This document shows positions 10,443 through 19,951 of a stretch of 64,000 bases of DNA, piece by piece. The stretch comes from Saccharolobus islandicus REY15A (lineage in GTDB: Archaea; Thermoproteota; Thermoprotei_A; Sulfolobales; Sulfolobaceae). How positions within the stretch are numbered: the first letter of the stretch is position 1; every line of letters begins with the position of its first letter. The notes under the pieces are model-generated. The model searched no databases. It worked only from the letters and a program-made list of their open reading frames with translations, and was not told where the DNA came from. The DNA lies in NCBI RefSeq assembly GCF_000189555.1, contig NC_017276.1. One strand, given 5' to 3'. A program made the position numbers and the translations under genes.

Positions 10443-11975
10443 ATGGTAGATGAGCAAAAGGCTGGTTTATTCGATAGATTTATGAAATGGTTAGATGATA
10501 GGTTAGGAATTTACGGGCATACTTTAAGACCTGCGCCTAGATATGCTTACTCGATAGATTATTGGCTAGGAGGGCTGGTATTATCAGCGTTCATACTCGA
10601 AGTAATAACTGGTGCTTTAGTTGCACTTTACTATACGCCAAGCGATCCATACACATCGACCACTTATTTAATAAGTAAAATACCGTACGGTGCCTTATTA
10701 TTTAGTCTTCATAGCTGGGGAGCTTACGCTATGGTCTTCTTATTGTTAGTTCACATGACCAGAAACTTCTTTGTAGGAGCTTATAGACAACCAAGAGAAA
10801 TAATGTGGGTAGTTGGAGCTGGATTAGCTGGCTTAACATTAACTGAGGCTTATTTAGGATATTCACTACCTTACAACTTGATCTCATGGGTTGCAACAAC
10901 TACTGGGCTAAACTTATTCTCATACATGCCATTTAACTTAGGTTATCTAATTTCACTATTTACTGTAGTAAATCCCGATCAACCCGGTATAATGTCTGGT
11001 GTGGATCCTCTAGTACAAAGATTCTTCGTATTTCACTGGATAGTAGGTGGATTAATACTAGCGCTTATAGGTCTACATCTTTACATATTTGAAAAACATG
11101 GTATAACTCCACCAGTATCTCAAGTCAAGCCAGGCTACCCCGAGCTAATAGACGAATACCAAGATAAGATAAGGTCTGATCCCAAATGGGAACTTCAACC
11201 ATTAATGAGGTCTATAGGGATGGTGATAATGATATTCCTACTAACCTTTGGTGCGATATTTCTGATAGCAGGAGCGATACCATTTAACATTACTATTACC
11301 GGTGGTACTCCTAAATATATAATGCCTGCATTTAACCCAGTGGAAGCTGCCCAAACTCCACCAGTCCCTGACTGGTACTTCTTATTCATTTATTTCTTCT
11401 ACAAGGCAGTAAGTCCAACTAATGCCTCTCTGATATTCCTAGGCTGGGTTGTAGTTACTGTGCTATTTCCATTTATAGAGGAATATATATTTAGGCATAA
11501 GGCTCCACATCCAGCATTAAGGCCAGCGTCTATTGCAATAGGTAGTGGTTTCATTGTCAGCTTTATAGTTAACAGTGTTTGGGCAGCTTTAACACCTGGA
11601 AGAGATATTGGACCGATAGGAGCTGAGGTTGACGGTATTATTTTCCTAGTTTGTTTTGCAGTGATTTGGCCATTATTAAGATATGTTGCGCAACCTAGAG
11701 TTTTAGTTAAATGGCAGAGTTCTCCATTAACTGATGGAGGTGTGGTAATTGAGTATAAGGAAAGGAGGATATTAAGTGGGCTAGCAGTACTGCTGATTAA
11801 CGTGTCTATACTAGGTGGGCTAATATATTCTCTATATGAGGTGTTTTCACTTTCAAGCAATCCCATGATTAACCAATTTTTAATAGGTCAATTTTTAGGT
11901 ACTTCCCTAATTTTGTTTTCGATCTCAATTTTCATAAACGTGGTGATGGGGATTGGAAAAAGCCAGGATATTTGA
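10443..11975 (+). CDS. soxG: Cytochrome b-like subunit
   Basis: LHSWGA, VHMTR, GYSLPY, FHW..LHL and PDWYFL motifs. ATG 10443 follows the soxF stop; the track start at 10326 overlaps soxF. Confidence 0.9.
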   Translation: MVDEQKAGLFDRFMKWLDDRLGIYGHTLRPAPRYAYSIDYWLGGLVLSAFILEVITGALVALYYTPSDPYTSTTYLISKIPYGALLFSLHSWGAYAMVFLLLVHMTRNFFVGAYRQPREIMWVVGAGLAGLTLTEAYLGYSLPYNLISWVATTTGLNLFSYMPFNLGYLISLFTVVNPDQPGIMSGVDPLVQRFFVFHWIVGGLILALIGLHLYIFEKHGITPPVSQVKPGYPELIDEYQDKIRSDPKWELQPLMRSIGMVIMIFLLTFGAIFLIAGAIPFNITITGGTPKYIMPAFNPVEAAQTPPVPDWYFLFIYFFYKAVSPTNASLIFLGWVVVTVLFPFIEEYIFRHKAPHPALRPASIAIGSGFIVSFIVNSVWAALTPGRDIGPIGAEVDGIIFLVCFAVIWPLLRYVAQPRVLVKWQSSPLTDGGVVIEYKERRILSGLAVLLINVSILGGLIYSLYEVFSLSSNPMINQFLIGQFLGTSLILFSISIFINVVMGIGKSQDI

Positions 11976-12393
11976 ACTGTCAACTATAGTATTTGCAATT
12001 GTAATCTTAACAGTTCTGGGCATTTTTTCAGATATCTATCTGAATTCAATAAACACTGGAGCCTATCTATCAACTACTCAAAGGCAAGATGCTATTCCTA
12101 TTAAGGTAATAGCTATGCAATACGCTTGGGAATTCGTATATCCTAATGGGACTACCACAACCAATGAATTGGTATTGAAGGCCAATCAGACCTATGTACT
12201 TGAAATCCAATCAAAAGACGTTATTCACGCCTTTTATATACCGCAGTTAGGGTTCAAGTTTGAAGCGATACCGGGATATGTGTACGATTTCTATATAATC
12301 GTTAATAAACCTGGAGTATATGATATATGGTGTGCTGAATTCTGTGGCCCTGGCCATTACTTAATGAAAGGAACCTTGATAGTGGTGAGTTAG
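11953..12393 (+). CDS. soxH: Oxidase subunit II with CuA site
   Basis: DVIHAF and CAEFCGPGHYLM CuA ligands. Confidence 0.93.
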   Translation: MEKARIFELSTIVFAIVILTVLGIFSDIYLNSINTGAYLSTTQRQDAIPIKVIAMQYAWEFVYPNGTTTTNELVLKANQTYVLEIQSKDVIHAFYIPQLGFKFEAIPGYVYDFYIIVNKPGVYDIWCAEFCGPGHYLMKGTLIVVS

Positions 12394-12394
12394 C

Positions 12395-12841
12395 ATGAGT
12401 ACCAATAAGAGAATGACTCCAAAAGATTATGTGTTGTGGATAGTCACGATATTGGCATTTTTCTTCTTCTTTTTATGGATAGGGGATTTCGGAAATTTGG
12501 TATATCTTACTCAAAGTCCAATAACAACATATGTGCAAACATTATGGAGTGTAACTTATATAGCAGCAGGTGGCGTTTTCGCAGTTTTCATGGGGAGTAT
12601 AGTGTTCTTATCAGTTAAATTTAGAGCCCCATCTGAAGTTCAAACTACCAGAAGAGCAATAAACATAATGAGTTATTATTACGTCGCATTAATTTTGGAT
12701 TTATTATTTGCAATTATAGTAACATATGAAATGTTTATCATGTCAACCTATCAATTTATTACTGGTATACTAGCTTCAGCAGATTTACTACTTTTCGCGT
12801 CAATTATCTACCTTGTTTATAAGTTGTATTATCCAGAATAA
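12395..12841 (+). CDS. soxI: Membrane protein of the sox operon
   Basis: Four TM segments directly after soxH; the symbol rests on synteny. Confidence 0.65.
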   Translation: MSTNKRMTPKDYVLWIVTILAFFFFFLWIGDFGNLVYLTQSPITTYVQTLWSVTYIAAGGVFAVFMGSIVFLSVKFRAPSEVQTTRRAINIMSYYYVALILDLLFAIIVTYEMFIMSTYQFITGILASADLLLFASIIYLVYKLYYPE

Positions 12842-13037
12842 ACTAAAGTTAATCACTTTTTTATTTCTATTTAATATAATTATTTTAATAAATATGAATT
12901 ATCAAGTTACATCCACTCCATTTATGTTCTCTCAAAATCGAGAAATATTAATAATTAAGGAAGTTATACTAATTTTTATGATTAAGGAGAAAAGTTTATT
13001 AAATAGCTTTTAGATAGTATAGTATTAGGAGAGAGTA

Positions 13038-13478
13038 ATGAAAAAAGGTAAAATTATAGTACCAATAACAATAATAGCAGTGATAGTGTTATTAGTATTC
13101 TCATCTGGCGTTCTCGCTGGAAGGAATCCCTTCATATCAACTAGTGCAGTAAGTAAGGCTCTAGGTGGAAATTGGAGTGTTCAGAATTATTATACTGGGA
13201 ATAATACAATGACCGAAATTTTAATAGATTCTCAAGGAGATGTATTGGTTATCACCCAATACTCCTTCCCATCCTCTTCTCTAGCACAGAACTTCTTTTA
13301 CGCTAACTCTATAGGAAATATTGAACAATATGGGAGCAATATCATATCATATTACTCTCACGGACTTTCAGAATCTCTTTATGTCCTTAATGGAGGTAAG
13401 GTATACTATATCAGCTATGTAGCAACTGCCTCTACTTCAATGCCATCCATAAGTCAATTGTTGAGTTTGATAAAATAA
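13038..13478 (+). CDS. Secreted or membrane-anchored hypothetical protein
   Basis: Basic N-terminus, hydrophobic helix, S/N/Y-rich body. Confidence 0.7.
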   Translation: MKKGKIIVPITIIAVIVLLVFSSGVLAGRNPFISTSAVSKALGGNWSVQNYYTGNNTMTEILIDSQGDVLVITQYSFPSSSLAQNFFYANSIGNIEQYGSNIISYYSHGLSESLYVLNGGKVYYISYVATASTSMPSISQLLSLIK

Positions 13479-13507
13479 TTTTAATCCCTTCTCACTTATT
13501 TTTATTT

Positions 13508-14266
13508 ATGAAGTTATATTTTCTTTCAATAATCCCAATAGTCATGAGCCTAGTATTAACTTATATGTTCCCATTTAATGAACTAATCCCAATAGTTACT
13601 TTCTGGATATTTTTAACATATTTACTCTTTAATACAATATTAAGAGGAGAACTTCAAGTTATGAGATTATATAAAAGGAAAGGTACAAAATGGGGGCTTT
13701 TCTTCTCTTATCTAATAACTCATTACATAGTTTACAGTATAGCTATAGTCGAGTTGCTAACTTATATTTACAAACCCACACTCTCCTATCCTCAAACAGC
13801 CTTTGTCTCCCTATTTAGTACTCCCTTTGGCAGTTCACCTAGTTTAACCAACTTAGGTTTATCATTGATTTTTAACCCAACCATAACCGCCTTCATACCG
13901 CCTAACATAGTTATTGACCTTTCTTTATATAGTATATCAATGGGTCTCTATATAGCTATTTTAGTAACATCTAGTTTAGTTACACTTATCTCCTTAAATA
14001 AAAAATTGGGGTATCTCGCCTTCATTCCACTAATAGGTATTATAGCTGGAGCATCCTGTTGCGTTTCAATACCAGTCTTGCTAGCTGAGTCTATAGAAGT
14101 AAGCAATCTGGTATTCTTAACAACGTCGGTATGGCAAGCAGTGTTTATAGCTTACGTATCCCTTCCAATTATAACAGTAATATTCCTAAAACATCTATCA
14201 AGCTCACTCCATAAACTCAATGGCGGTTTAAAACAATTTAATATTTCAGGGAGAACGACTAAATAA
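13508..14266 (+). CDS. Polytopic membrane protein with a vicinal Cys-Cys motif
   Basis: 252 aa, multiple TMs, AGASCCVSIP. Confidence 0.7.
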   Translation: MKLYFLSIIPIVMSLVLTYMFPFNELIPIVTFWIFLTYLLFNTILRGELQVMRLYKRKGTKWGLFFSYLITHYIVYSIAIVELLTYIYKPTLSYPQTAFVSLFSTPFGSSPSLTNLGLSLIFNPTITAFIPPNIVIDLSLYSISMGLYIAILVTSSLVTLISLNKKLGYLAFIPLIGIIAGASCCVSIPVLLAESIEVSNLVFLTTSVWQAVFIAYVSLPIITVIFLKHLSSSLHKLNGGLKQFNISGRTTK

Positions 14267-14356
14267 TAAGAAAGTTATAGTGTGAGATTACTTGATAGTA
14301 ATTAATCATTAATCTATTATAATTGTAATAATGTCGTGAAAATCTCCTATGTCAGA

Positions 14357-16138
14357 TTAACTATGTATTATTCTTGATATTCCCTTGGGCCTCCTCTTTT
14401 TTCTCATTCTTTTGATAACTTTTACAGTAAGCTTTACTAATTCCTCTCCATTTTTATTACTTATACGCGTAAAGGTTATGGGAGGAACCCTATATCTATA
14501 TATAAAGTATAAGCTTACTAGGAGAGGGATGAATATAAGTCTTATGGGGAAGTTGTATAGTAGAGGAATTATTTCGAAAATAATATAGACCATAGTAAGT
14601 ATTACACTATAGAAGGTTGAAGAGAATGAAGTTAGTGCAAACCAGAACTCCCTAAATAGTCTACTCCTTACCTTGGCTATCTTAACTAAAATTTGATTAT
14701 TGATTGTAGAATATAATCGTGATCCTTGTGACAGAAATAAATATAGGAGGAAAAGGGCAATGGCTATTTCTCCTGCGTAAAGCACATATTGTAGAATTAA
14801 ATTATTTATGGGATCTATTATACTCGTTACTAGACTGTTTATAATAGGAAATAGTACATAAGGTAGAATTAAATATAGAAACATCTTCACAAATCCTCTA
14901 AACACCACTGATCTCAATATTGGTGAGAGACTTGCGTTAAGCGTCTTGTTAAGCCATACCATCGTGGAGTCAAGCTGTCTCAAAAAGTATGATTGTGAAT
15001 AAACTATTCCAATAATTCTTTGAAGAACATTTACTCTTACAGCTAAAATTGATGCAATGATTGAGGACACTAATACTACTACTACCGAGATGTAGTAGAC
15101 TATGGCAATATTCACACCTTGTTGCATTGCCTCTAACGATACTATTATTCCAAATTCGCTTAATGGCAACATGTACAAGCCATTAGTAAACGCCTTAACG
15201 AAAGTAGTCCCAGTAACCCAAGATGCCGTACTGAATGAAAAATACTTTATTACAAGAATTATGAAGGATATTAGAATAAACGTAGTTATGGCCGTTGTAA
15301 TTTTCAGATAACTCCCTACTGACAAGAAAAAGAAGATCAAAGCAAACTCCCTTATGGGTGCAGTATATTTTATTATCTTCTCACTACCACTTATTGATGA
15401 AAAAGCTATACCAGCAAGGATCATGGTCAAGGTAGTTGGAACTTGAGTAACTTGAGAAATGTACTCAAATACAAATACTAGAACTATTGGCAATAATATC
15501 AAAATGCTCTCATCTTCCAAACTAGTGAGCCTAAATATTGATAATCCAGTTAGAAAATACTTTGCAAACGCGTAAATTATTAGGGAAGCTATAAAAACTT
15601 CTAGGACTACGAAAAATGTTCTAAAAAAGTTAAAGTAACCGTTAATGGCTATCGCAACAGAATATAAGAAGAAAACTTCAACATCCTCTACTGAGGCAAC
15701 TGCTATTAACAAATCCCTATCATTCTTGGCAAGTTTATTCCCAGCTATCTTGTATAGAATGGAAGTACTAGTATCTATGGAGGCCATTACGAGAAATAGT
15801 GAATCAAAGGGATCTAGATGGAGTAAATAAAGGCCAATGAAATAAGAGATTAACAAGATGAGTATTAACTCGGTTAATGCAATTCCTATAGCCCTTCTAA
15901 ATAACTCCTTAGCTCTTGAAATATCGAAGGACGTACCAATCTCAAATGCCAACAAGTTTAAGGCTAGGAAGTTCAGTATTTCAAAATACGAGGAGTTAAA
16001 ATCAAAGTGAAAATAATTGAAAGCAATTAACCCACCTAAGAGGTAGGCAATAACTGGTGAGACCTTTAACCTAGTTAAGATGAATGCAAGTAGTAAGGTA
16101 AAAAGTAGCATTAAGCTCAGTAATGCATAATCCATCAA
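14357..16138 (-). CDS. Cation:proton antiporter (CPA2 / Na+/H+ exchanger family)
   Basis: LAFEIG, IDTSTSI, SVEDV, FFLSVG and PLSEFG motifs; more than 12 TMs. Confidence 0.85.
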   Translation of the reverse strand: MMDYALLSLMLLFTLLLAFILTRLKVSPVIAYLLGGLIAFNYFHFDFNSSYFEILNFLALNLLAFEIGTSFDISRAKELFRRAIGIALTELILILLISYFIGLYLLHLDPFDSLFLVMASIDTSTSILYKIAGNKLAKNDRDLLIAVASVEDVEVFFLYSVAIAINGYFNFFRTFFVVLEVFIASLIIYAFAKYFLTGLSIFRLTSLEDESILILLPIVLVFVFEYISQVTQVPTTLTMILAGIAFSSISGSEKIIKYTAPIREFALIFFFLSVGSYLKITTAITTFILISFIILVIKYFSFSTASWVTGTTFVKAFTNGLYMLPLSEFGIIVSLEAMQQGVNIAIVYYISVVVVLVSSIIASILAVRVNVLQRIIGIVYSQSYFLRQLDSTMVWLNKTLNASLSPILRSVVFRGFVKMFLYLILPYVLFPIINSLVTSIIDPINNLILQYVLYAGEIAIALFLLYLFLSQGSRLYSTINNQILVKIAKVRSRLFREFWFALTSFSSTFYSVILTMVYIIFEIIPLLYNFPIRLIFIPLLVSLYFIYRYRVPPITFTRISNKNGEELVKLTVKVIKRMRKKRRPKGISRIIHS

Positions 16139-16197
16139 ACAACAAACTCCTTAGGAGAAATTAAAAGTTTATTTACTACCGAGAGAATATTATATAT

Positions 16198-16407
16198 TTG
16201 ATGAATGTTGTTGACTTGAAGAAAATATATTCTCAAATTTTATCTCTTTCAGAGGAATGTAAAAGATGTATAGACTGTGAAGCTTGTGATAGAGTGGAAG
16301 AATTAATAGATTACGTAGTTGAAAACATAGATAAAATGTCAATCGAAGAGCAAACAGAGACCAGAAGAATATTAAATAGTATAATTGCACTTAGAAAGGA
16401 AATTTAA
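16198..16407 (+). CDS. Small Cys-rich hypothetical protein
   Basis: 69 aa with ECKRCIDCEACD (CxxCxxCxxC). Confidence 0.55.
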   Translation: MMNVVDLKKIYSQILSLSEECKRCIDCEACDRVEELIDYVVENIDKMSIEEQTETRRILNSIIALRKEI

Positions 16408-16918
16408 GGGGAAAAGCTAGTGAGTAACTAAAAATAATTTTTCTATTTAAATATAAAAAAGTTATTTTTTTTTAAAAAATTGTTGGGCACTCTCCAGCCA
16501 ATGGTCCCGCAGCTTTAATATGGTATTTTGTATCATTTAAGATGCTTGAACTATTTGTGGAAACTGGTCTAAATTATTGAGAACGTAACTCGGCGTATAC
16601 CCTTCAAGAACTATAGGATTAACTATCGGTGTAGTCACAATGTAAGTACCATTCGGACCAGAGATTAGTATTGCAAAATTTAAGTGCGATGGTTTGCCAT
16701 AAAACGCTGAAGGCTCTCCATACTGCTGTATTGGTACTTGCGTTTCGTATTGGATAATGTAATGAACTACTTGAGAGGGCAGACCCATTTGCGTATATTC
16801 CTCTTTAACTTAATTAGGGGTTAAGGGGGCGAAAGTCCCCTTCCGTGAGGGATGAATAGCCCCCTTATAGAAACCTTTTTATTGCAAAAAATAGATAATT
16901 CTTAGGCCTCGGCTGTAA

Positions 16919-18139
16919 CGGTAGACCCAAAATCACCTCCTTAAAAATAAATCTATAGTATAAATAAGCGTTTCAACTATATTAAATGTAAAATTCTCTG
17001 GATTGAATAAATCAGGAAATAAAAGAATTAATAATAATCTAAACTCCTCTCTCCCCACCTCCCCCTTGAATATGGTATATAAGGAGTAGAGTACAAGGGC
17101 CAGCACGAAGATCAACGTGCGGAAAACAAACTTAGTAGAACTAGTAAATGGAAGAAAAGCCTTAATGTTCCTATAAGAGGTCTCTATGGGACCTCTTACC
17201 TTATTGTACAAATCCAACACTTCCCTCTTGGATAGGTCTAGGTTAGTAGCCCTAGCGAAGTAAACAAGACTCTTCTTCTTTCTCCCCACTTTTTCCTTGC
17301 TGTACACGAGAAGCCTGAACTTGACCTGCTCATCCCTCCTATGCCTCTTACTATTAGTTGTGTAATCCCCGTCAAACTCCTCGTACACCTTCACGTCCCC
17401 AACCGGAACAGCAATTATGTACTTAAACTGTGAAATGAAGTTGAGCACGTCAACAGTATAGAAACCAGCGTCAAGAGTTATCAACCTTATCTTGAATCCC
17501 ATTGCCATTACTTGTTCAACAAGAGCCTTCACTATCTCGTCCTTAGTCATACCGTTCACTTGCGGAATAAAGGCAAGTAAAAGCACTTTCCCCTTATACT
17601 TGGTTGTTGCAGTTGCGTAGTTCCACGAGTTTCCTTTTTCAGAGCTCCCGAGCCCTTTCACTGGTTTCCCGTACCATATCTTGGTTGTCCAGTCTATTGA
17701 AAGATCTATCTCATTCACTCCCTTTAATATCTCCAAGGATATTTTCCTAGCTCTTTCCAATAGCTTTTCAGTCACTTCCATCCCTTGTTTCTCTACGTAA
17801 TTCCTCACGGTCTGTGGGGATACGTCATACGCTCTGGACTTGTTCTCTACTGAATCGTTCCACAAACACGCGGAGATGAGAGTTTTCGCTACCTCCTCTA
17901 CCTTTTCCCCTTGGAAGTTTAGCATGGAAAGTAATTTATATCCTATTTGTTGAATATTATTTTGGTGAGGGAGACTTGGTGTTACCATCTTGGTTATTCA
18001 CATGGTAATACGCCATCTCCCTCACCTTAAATCCTTTCTTCAATTGAATTCTTTATACTCTTATAAATTTCTTTATCTTTTATAAATTCGATATTATCCT
18101 ACCAGAAATATTTTTTCTAATATGATTTTGGGTCTACCG
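16919..18139 (-). mobile_element. ISH3 family IS (ISC1225-like), apparently intact
   Basis: Perfect 17-bp IR CGGTAGACCCAAAATCA (16919-16935 / 18123-18139), 4-bp TSD GTAA (16915-16918 / 18140-18143), 1221 bp. Confidence 0.92.
16933..17988 (-). CDS. ISH3 family DDE transposase
   Basis: 351 aa uninterrupted; SIDWT, TLDAGF and IETSYR motifs. Confidence 0.92.
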   Translation of the reverse strand: MVTPSLPHQNNIQQIGYKLLSMLNFQGEKVEEVAKTLISACLWNDSVENKSRAYDVSPQTVRNYVEKQGMEVTEKLLERARKISLEILKGVNEIDLSIDWTTKIWYGKPVKGLGSSEKGNSWNYATATTKYKGKVLLLAFIPQVNGMTKDEIVKALVEQVMAMGFKIRLITLDAGFYTVDVLNFISQFKYIIAVPVGDVKVYEEFDGDYTTNSKRHRRDEQVKFRLLVYSKEKVGRKKKSLVYFARATNLDLSKREVLDLYNKVRGPIETSYRNIKAFLPFTSSTKFVFRTLIFVLALVLYSLYTIFKGEVGREEFRLLLILLFPDLFNPENFTFNIVETLIYTIDLFLRR

Positions 18140-18874
18140 GTAAGAGCTGGGCCGTACCCTTGGGACTGGGGGAACTTACGCCTGTGGAGAGCAACCCTCC
18201 GTAACCCCTCTTCCACACGGGGCATTACAGAACGGTTCCGTTCGATGGAACCTCCGCTGTGGGTGAAGGGGGATCGAGGTTGCTCTGAGAAGCAGGAAAT
18301 CCCCATCGTGAGGTGGAGATGCCCTGTCCGTAAGGGCGGGGTAGTTCACTTATCTGTTCACCAACCGGAACTAACTCGTTTTGAGGTATAGGCGTTCCAT
18401 TGTATGAGGCATTTAAATACTCATTATAAACGTATGCTATATAAAAATCTACTATAGAATTACTCGTAAAATTAGTGAATAATAACCTTGGAATATTAGC
18501 TGGGGTACGGTATGGGTCAGAGTACCATAGTTTATATCTTAAATTACCATAATGTTGCAAAACATCATATATTGCCCAAGATGCCGCAGCACCTACTGGA
18601 CAGCCATACCAAGATTGCTCCACTATTATCACCTTACCCTTTGGGGCTAAGTCAACATTACTTATCTTAATGAATTTCCCCGCAGGAATATGTTGAGCAG
18701 ACACTACAAAATGAGTAACATATGCAATAACTCCAGTTATTATTACAATAATTCCTATTATTGCTGTAATTAAATTTCTTCTATTCATTAATAATAATAC
18801 TAACGTATGTCTAAAAATTTTTTCCTAAATCATTAGTAGTCATCTTTATTTTATACGTAGAGAGAAGTTATCCA

Positions 18875-19456
18875 ATGAGCATGTTTAACAATACCCATCC
18901 AGAATTCATGAGAATTGGAATTACAATAGAAAATGTTGACACTAGATATAAGCCACTAATGAGAATGGGGATATCCATTGACGAGATGATTTACCTTGCT
19001 AGGAGATTGTATCCATTAATAAGAGATGGAAAAAAGATTTTAGATTTAGCTTGTGGAAATGGCCTAATTACAGTGATCTTATCAAGATTGATGAGTGATG
19101 CGGAATTTCACGCAGTCGATGATTGGAAAAAGGTCTCTAGAGATGATTTAATTAGGAATATTGAGATTGATAAAGCTAGGATAATGTTAGGAGAGTTTAA
19201 AGATCAATTCACTTTATCATATCAAGATACTTATTTTGACTCTGTATATAGTGTAATGTTTCTATCAAATATTGGTAAAGACGGTAGAGTTAAGATAAGT
19301 GATGAGGTTTATAGAGTGTTAAAAGAGAAAGGAAAGTTTGTAGTTATCGATACTTTAGTATTTAGAGGCAAAATAAAGAAGGATTTGGAACATAAATTCA
19401 AATTAGATTGGTATGGAGAGGAGAACGGATTTTCATTCTTTGTTTGGAGCAAATAA
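18875..19456 (+). CDS. Class I SAM-dependent methyltransferase
   Basis: ILDLACGNG motif I; YFDSV; VLKEKG. Confidence 0.85.
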   Translation: MSMFNNTHPEFMRIGITIENVDTRYKPLMRMGISIDEMIYLARRLYPLIRDGKKILDLACGNGLITVILSRLMSDAEFHAVDDWKKVSRDDLIRNIEIDKARIMLGEFKDQFTLSYQDTYFDSVYSVMFLSNIGKDGRVKISDEVYRVLKEKGKFVVIDTLVFRGKIKKDLEHKFKLDWYGEENGFSFFVWSK

Positions 19457-19951
19457 CGAATAAGTTTGAATTCATCTCATAAAGGTAAGGTAAACCACTA
19501 TCATCGGACTAAATATTGCGATAACATTCATCAATATAGGAGTAGTGATATTAGAAATAGATATCTTTATATACCTAAAATTTAGTACTGCTGTTTTCTC
19601 TAAAGAGATAACATAACGGTAAAATATTTTAAATTTAATCCTATAGTATCAATCTACTAGGCAATTCTATCCATTTAACTTCATTGAATATTGCGTTAAG
19701 AAGTTTGTTTAGCTTTTGGTAGTCCCATTTAAAAGTAATTAAAGAGTTTTTATCTCTAATCGGGCTTTCTTATGTTTATTATAGGAGTTTTACCTTTCTC
19801 TATATAAATTCATGATGAACACTAACGAAAGAACACAGAAAGTTTCCTACAATAGTATTTTAAATAATTTAACTAAGCTCCTTTAAAATTAAAAAGTTTT
19901 TTAAGATGAACTAAATAAGGCTTTTTTATTACTTTTGGAGATAAACCTCCT

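Larger units (their letters stand above)
16809..18349 (+). mobile_element. Non-autonomous IS200/IS605-derived element (SMN1-like, 316 bp net) containing a nested ISH3 element
   Basis: Directly 3' of TTTAA (16804-16808); no TSD; left hairpin GGGGGC-GAAA-GTCCCC (16825-16840); right hairpin GCCCT..AGGGC (18321-18337); ends in TTCAC. Confidence 0.85.
16537..18788 (-). pseudogene. DUF929 family (thioredoxin-like, membrane-anchored) gene split by nested mobile elements
   Basis: 5' part 18788-18350 (SWYGCPVGAAASW) and 3' part 16808-16537 rejoin in frame (...GEQI-IKEEYTQMGLP...) to give 236 aa once 16809-18349 is removed. Confidence 0.88.

Noticed and set aside
6738-12618. Numerous short antisense or overlapping ORFs within sox genes (and similar ones within mtnA, ABC, hyu and acd genes)
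   Set aside because: Shadows of well-supported genes, without motifs or RBS.
18094-18391. ORFs 18094..18306 and 18122..18391
   Set aside because: Chance frames across GC-rich element ends; no protein motifs.
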